Part shown: positions 58,152-64,000 of the stretch, one piece after another | Numbering within the stretch: position 1 is the first letter of the stretch | How the letters are laid out: each line of letters opens with the position of its first letter | DNA from: Saprolegnia diclina VS20 | Lineage: Eukaryota | Direction of reading: 5' to 3' | Length of the DNA stretch: 64,000 nucleotides | NCBI RefSeq assembly: GCF_000281045.1 | Contig: NW_008246103.1 | Coordinates: 88,582-152,581 of the forward strand | Notes under the pieces: generated by a model | Database searches by the model: none | Seen by the model: only the letters and a program-made list of their open reading frames with translations | What the model was told of the DNA's origin: nothing | Translations under genes and position numbers: made by a program

Positions 58152-60362
58152 ATGCGCTGCGCCCGTGTCGTTGCGGTCTGCCTCGCGGCCCTCGCCGCGC
58201 CCACCGTCGCTGACGTCGAAACGCACGAGGTAGAAGCCACCGCGTGCTTGTGATGGCTCATGGGTGCTAGTACAATGCGGCGGAAGAGGTCGTCGTCTGG
58301 GTCAACAAGATCGGCCCGTTCAACAACCCGCAGGAGACGTACACGTACAACTCGCTGCCGTTCTGCAAGGCGCCGGGCCTCGAGCTTCCGGAGGCTCACG
58401 CGTTGGGCATTGGCGAAATCCTTGAGGGCAACGAGCTCTTCAACTCGGGCATGGCGGCGACGTTTGGCGTCGACACGGACATGACGACCATGTGCTCGCA
58501 GACGTTGTCGGCGTCGGAAGCGCAAGAATTCATCGATGCAGTCGACGAGCACTACTGGTACCAAATGAACGTGGACGACTTGCCCGTATGGGGTCTCGTC
58601 GGCAAGGTCGTCCAGGCCGACGACGAGCCGGAGCTCGTCAAAGAGGTACATTTTCGCCCAAAGGCGCGTCCTGGTATCCACCTCGCGTGTCTAGTTTGCC
58701 ATTGGCACGCATCTCATCTACACACACAAGAAGTTTAGCATCTCGTACAACGGCCCGCACATCATCCACGTCAACCTCACGTACGCGGACGTGGCGACGC
58801 CGATCCAAGCCAACAAGTAGGCATCACGATCTTGTCCATCCTTATTGGCTCACGCGACTGCAGGAAGATCGACTTTACCTACGAGGTGTCATGGACCAAG
58901 ACGGACATTTCGTTTGACGACCGGTTTGATCGCTACCTCGAGGACGAGTACGTACTCTGCACGCCCTATCAGATCTCACATATATGTAGATTCTTTGAGC
59001 ACCAGATCCACTGGTTTAGCATCTTCAACTCGTTCATGATGGTCATCTTCCTTTGCGGCCTCGTCGCGCTCATCTTGCTGCGCACGCTCCGGAACGACTA
59101 TGCGCGTTTTGCGGCCGACGACGACGAGCTCCTCCTCGAGCCCGGCCACACGAGCTCGATGCTCAAGGACGAGTCGTCGGCCGGCTGGAAGCTCCTGCAT
59201 GGCGACGTATTTCGCGCCCCGAAGCATCTCCTGCTCTTTTGCGCGCTCCTCGGCACGGGTGCCCAGCTGCTCGTGCTCACGCTGCTCGTGATTCTCATTT
59301 CGATCTTCTCGTCGCTTTACATGAAGCCCGGTGGCATTGTCTCGGTGGGGCTCACCTGCTACGCGCTCTCGTCGCTCGCCAACGGGTACGCGAGCGGCGC
59401 GTCGTACCACCAATTTTTCTATCCGCGCGTCTCGAAGGACTGGATCAAGGCCATGGTGCTCTCGATCGCGCTGCTGCCGTCGGTCGTGTTTGTCTCGCTC
59501 TTCTTTATCAACGCGCTCTCGATTGTCTACGGCACGACGTACGCCATTCCCTTTGTGACGATCGTCCAAGTGATCCTTGTGTGGTTCTTTGTGTCGTGCC
59601 CGCTCTCGGTGCTCGGTACGATCCTCGGTCGCCACGGCGCGGCTAAGAAAGGCTTTCCGTGCCGCGTCAACAAGTTTCCGCGCGAAGTGCCGGACGCGCG
59701 CTGGTACCTCCGGCCAGTGGTACGTGCATGCTGTCCAATGTTTTCGTTATTTTTTTGGCAATATTTTTGTTGCATTTTTGCATTTATTTTGCATTTTTGC
59801 ATTTATTTTGCATTTTTGCGTCTTTTGCATTTTGGTATATTTTGCTTTTTTGTATCTATATGTTTCTCATAGTGTACATGGTAGGTGCTCGGGCTCTTGA
59901 CGGGCATTCTTCCGTTTGGCTCGATCTTTATCGAGATGTACTTTATCTTTGCGTCGTTTTGGAACTACAAGTTCTACTACGTCTACGGCTTTATGCTGCT
60001 CGTGTTTCTCATCCTCTCGGTCGTCACGGTGTGCGTCACGATCGTGTGCACGTACTTTCTGCTCAACGCGGAGAACTACCATTGGCACTGGACGTCGTTC
60101 CTCGCTGCGGGCTCGACCGCGCTCTACGTGTTTGCGTACGCGATCTACTTCTACTTCTTCAAGACCAACATGTCGGGCTTTCTCCAGACGAGCTTTTATT
60201 TTGGCTACATGTACGTATAGGACATTATGTATATTGTGTCTCATGGGTATGGCGACTAGGGGTCTCTTTTGCTTCAGCTTCTTCATCATGTGCGGCTCGA
60301 TCGGGTACTACGGCAGCAGTGCGTTCACCAAGCGGATATACCGCAACATCAAGATCGAGTGA
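58152..60362 (+). CDS. Transmembrane 9 superfamily / EMP70 protein (TM9SF3-like), multi-exon
   Basis: Signal peptide, [60 protein letters not shown]. Confidence 0.95.
59741..59855. repeat. T-rich (TTTTGCA)n-like low-complexity repeat inside a TM9SF intron
   Basis: ttttgcatt repeated with variants in intron 59720-59884. Confidence 0.8.
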
Positions 60363-60798
60363 GAGACGATGTTCACCACACGACTGCAATCCAACGACAT
60401 CTTTGCTTGTCCATTGCGTTCTCCTTCTTCTTCTGCTTCTATCGCATGGGGGCCAGAGATGACGCATGTCACGGTGGCAGTGGTGGTCATGCGGCTGCGT
60501 CCCTCGTCGTACACCAAGCAAGGGCACCTGCTTGGGAATTGTGCCCCAGCGAAAATACGCAGAGAGCACGTCGGCACAAAAGACGGTGGCTGGCGTCCAG
60601 ACACGGTAGCTCTCACTCTCTCTTGTCGCTGCTCGGGCGAGCCTCCAGCTCGCGCAAACTCGAGCGTACGACGAAGGCCATAAATTTAGAGCCTTTGTGC
60701 TGCTAGTAGGACGCTTGCACTTGACTGCCGAGCACAGAGATTCTCGGTGTTATCGAACCCTCTGCATGCTCCAACGAAAGGTGCATGTTTGCTAATGG

Positions 60799-62503
60799 TT
60801 AGAAGAAGTCCATGAGCGACGTGGCGGGGTCGTACTGCGCGGCAAGCAGTGCGAGCGCCGGCTCGGACGTCGCAAGCATCAGCGTGTCGTGGTCGCCGGC
60901 TTCGAGCGCCGCGTGGAGCGACTGGTTGAGCGTTTTTGGGAGCTTGGCGAGGGCCTGGAGCGGCTTGGGCGCAAGGATTTGGTCGGCGTGCACGCTGAGC
61001 AAGCCCACGTAGAGGCGCAGCATGGCGCCCCAGCCATGCTGCAGAAAGCCATCCAAAATCACAACCATACTGCGGCTCGTGAGGCTCACTTCGTGTACAA
61101 AGAGCGCGAGGATCCAGCCGGACGCGTACATTTGCGGATGCACTTTGTGCTTGAGGAGCGCGGAGCCCACGTGCGGAAGGTGCACCCGCACGAGGCAATC
61201 GAGCTGGTACATGCGCAGCTTGGCGCCCGGCAGGTCGGGGCAGCGAAAGACGTCCCGAAAGGTATAATGCAACAAGAGCGCTGCAAAGATCTCGAAGGCC
61301 GATGCCTCGTCGTACGCGAGGCAGCTCAGAAGCGCACTGCCCAGGAACGTCATGCCGTGGCAGTACCCAATCTCGGGGTCCAGCGCCGCGTACGCGCGGA
61401 GAAGACGGCTAAGCATGGCCTGCGCGGCCGCTTCATCTACGTTACAGCTTGTTGCAGGGTCATAGATCCCGTTGCGAAAGGTCGTGCGGCGCACATCGGC
61501 GTCGATCGCGCGGTGGTGGGGATTCGCCATGTCGGCCGCTGCGATCGCAACGAGCTGTCCGTAGTCATAGCAGCGAGGCGCGTACCCCGGGCGCCGACGA
61601 ATGCAGTGCGTCCAAAAGCGCCAACGATCGAGGGGTGTCCGAAGCGAGGCAGTCAGGAGACGCTTGGAAGCCACGGCGTCGTGCCACGTACGCGAAACGA
61701 GCCGTGCGCTTGCCACGTCACGCGCTGAGAGAAACGAAAAGATATGAAGGGTCGCGCCCTTGAGACTCGTCATGGGCGCGTGCAGCGCCTGGAGTTCGCG
61801 CACCAGCAGCACCACCGCTTCGTTGCCGGTGCGCACGAGGTCGTCGACAAGCTTCTCGAGGCGGTCGTGGCACTTGAGCTTCTCGGCCTCGCGCGGGCCA
61901 AGGCGGCTCAAGTCGCGCACGAGTTCCTGTAGCTTCACAAGCTTGGCGTTGGCTTGCGCAATGCACTGCCACGCTCTCGCGCGCACGCCACTGCGCTGGG
62001 ACGGGTCGTGGCCGTCGAGCTCGGCGAGGTGCCGCGTGTACTCGGCGAGACTCGCTGCGTGACGCGCCTAGCGTGTTCATGACGACCAAAAGATTGCTCT
62101 CTGGCGTTCACGCACCTTGGCTGTCGAGAGGATGCGGTGGCCGGCTGCCCACTCGGGCTGGCGCGAGACCCGCACATGGCGCTGGAAGCGAGCGACGAGG
62201 TCGTCGTCGACGGCGTCGCATGGCTAGACACAGAATGAGTACAACAAGACTATCCAAGATGGACACATGGAAGTAGTAGCGTACGCTGCTTATCGTAGGG
62301 TGCACCTGGCGTCGCATCGAGGGACCGGACGGGGTGCCGTAGACTGCTGCGTAGACGCCGGACGCGTCGATTTTGTATTTTTTGAGCGCGCTCTCGGGCG
62401 CGTGGACCTCGCTGCTGCAAAATGACGCAGCTGGTGGCGGCGGCTTGGCGCGCGGCTCCATCCACGCACCCAGCGACCGCGCAATCGACTCGAAGAAGCT
62501 CAT
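60799..62503 (-). CDS. F-box-like + TBC (Rab-GAP) domain protein, multi-exon
   Basis: LHIFSFLSARDVASARLVSRTW (F-box-like); IDADVRRT, LLRAYAALDPEIGYCHGMTF, MYASGWILALF (TBC). Confidence 0.85.
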
Positions 62504-63137
62504 CGACAACGGTCAGCGGTATATTGCGATCTTCGAGGGGCGTGCCGTAACGGCTAACCGGTTAAATGCATCGTAACCGGCTGCCGTCTCGTGTTGCGGT
62601 CATCCGTGCCCCTTCCTGCCCCTGCCAGCTCATGCAGTGTTTTAAACACCGACGCATAATGAACAGTAATTGATGATGATCCGTGACCGTCGAGGACCGG
62701 GACAGCAACGTGCAGTTGGTTGTCTGACGGTCTGTCCACCAGCTCATATTGCAGTCTGCTTTACAAGGGATCACTGCTGCTCTTGCTACGTTTACGCCCA
62801 GCCCACTTGGCTCGCCTCTGTGACGTCACTTGTCGTTTGCATGACGTCATAGCAGCGATACGAGCCACCAAGAGTTAACTTCGGACTCGGTCGGCTCGTC
62901 TAGCAAGCATTGCGATGCAAAGATGTTGTATGTCGGTAATATGAAGCACCACTGGCGGCGTGGCCGTCAGTGGCTTCGCGATGTCCAACCTACCCGTTTA
63001 AAACAGCACGCATGCAGAAAGCGCTAGATTTTTTGTAAATTGCGCTGTTTAAAACAGGTGACGGCAAATCCGGGCCGGGCATGCTCATTCCGCCTCTGGT
63101 TTGCTTGGCTGCCGCCGTCTTCTTGTACCTTCCGAGC

Positions 63138-64000
63138 ATGAGCCGCGTGACGACGTACGATCAAGGCCGCATTGTTCATGTCGGCGCCTCGGGCGACGAG
63201 GTGGGCGCTGCCGTGGGCCAGCTCGTGGCCGACCTCAGCAAGGCCTCGATCGCTGCGTCGGGTCGCTTCACACTGGCGCTCTCGGGCGGCTCGCTGCCCA
63301 AGGTACGCATCCTCTCGCATCGCCGAGCTTACGCCGCGCGTTAGATTCTCGAGAAGGGTCTCGCGTCGCTCAAGGGCGACCTCGACTTCTCCAAGTGGCA
63401 CGTCTTCTTCGCCGACGAGCGCTGCGTGCCGCTTGAGCATGCGGACAGCAACTACTTGGCCTGCCACGACGCCTTGTTCCAACACGTACGTCGCATTTGG
63501 CGGTAACGCAAACGCAGTACCCTACAGCTGTGGTGTAGGTCCCGATTCCCCGTGCGCAGATCCACACGATCGTTCTGGACAGCGATCCGGCCGTCGTCGC
63601 CACCGAGTACACGCGCCAGCTTGCGAGCCTTTGGGGCCCCACGGTAGGCGACCTACCTGCGCCCAAGCAGTCCGATCTCATGGATGAGCATGCTAGCTGC
63701 CGCGTTTCGACTTGATCTTGCTCGGTATGGGCCCGGATGGGCACACGTGCTCGCTCTTCCCCGGCCACCCGCTTCTGCACGAAATGTCGCTGTGGGTCGC
63801 GCCGATCTCGGACTCGCCCAAGCCGCCGCCGCAGCGCATTACGCTCACGTACCCCGTCGTCAACAACGCGGCGGCCGTTGCTTTCGTCGCGACGGGCGAC
63901 AGCAAGGCGCCGCTCATGCGCCACATGCTGGGGCTCGAGATCCAGACGCCGTCGCTGCCCGCCGCGCGCATCTTGCCAACGCATGGCCAACTCCACTGGT
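63138..64000 (+). CDS. PGLS: 6-phosphogluconolactonase, multi-exon, truncated at window end
   Basis: [60 protein letters not shown]. Confidence 0.95.

Noticed and set aside
62996..63056. Imperfect repeat gtttaaaacag around the PGLS promoter
   Set aside because: Short and AT-rich; no TSD or other element features
63081..63137. Signal-peptide-like extension MLIPPLVCLAAAVFLYLPS on 6-phosphogluconolactonase
   Set aside because: The upstream ATG overlaps an initiator-like GCTCATTCC, so it probably precedes the transcription start; ATG 63138 preferred

Overview
Eukaryotic, GC-rich genomic DNA with many short (~45-55 nt) GT-AG introns and oomycete-type initiator elements; most likely an oomycete such as a Saprolegniales water mould (inference). 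In order: three tandem minus-strand class C-like 7TM receptor genes with an unusual ectodomain; Sec61 alpha; an RCC1-repeat gene; RBM28/Nop4; a young full-length Ty1/copia LTR retrotransposon (364-bp LTRs, 5-bp TSD, half-tRNA PBS); five tandem intronless C-x4-C-x9-C-x2-H zinc-finger (WRKY19-like) genes; divergent H3/H4 and H2B/H2A pairs, three genes carrying histone 3' stem-loops, with a CorA and a steroid 5-alpha-reductase gene between the pairs; ferric reductase; a VPS9 protein; F-box/FIST; mS35; COP-epsilon; DnaJ; an atypical Rab-like GTPase-SH2 fusion; an amino acid permease; TM9SF; an F-box/TBC protein; and a truncated 6-phosphogluconolactonase. Two assembly gaps (2485-3379, 25540-25639). 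Gene boundaries and splice sites were read by eye and family calls come from recognised motifs, not database searches.
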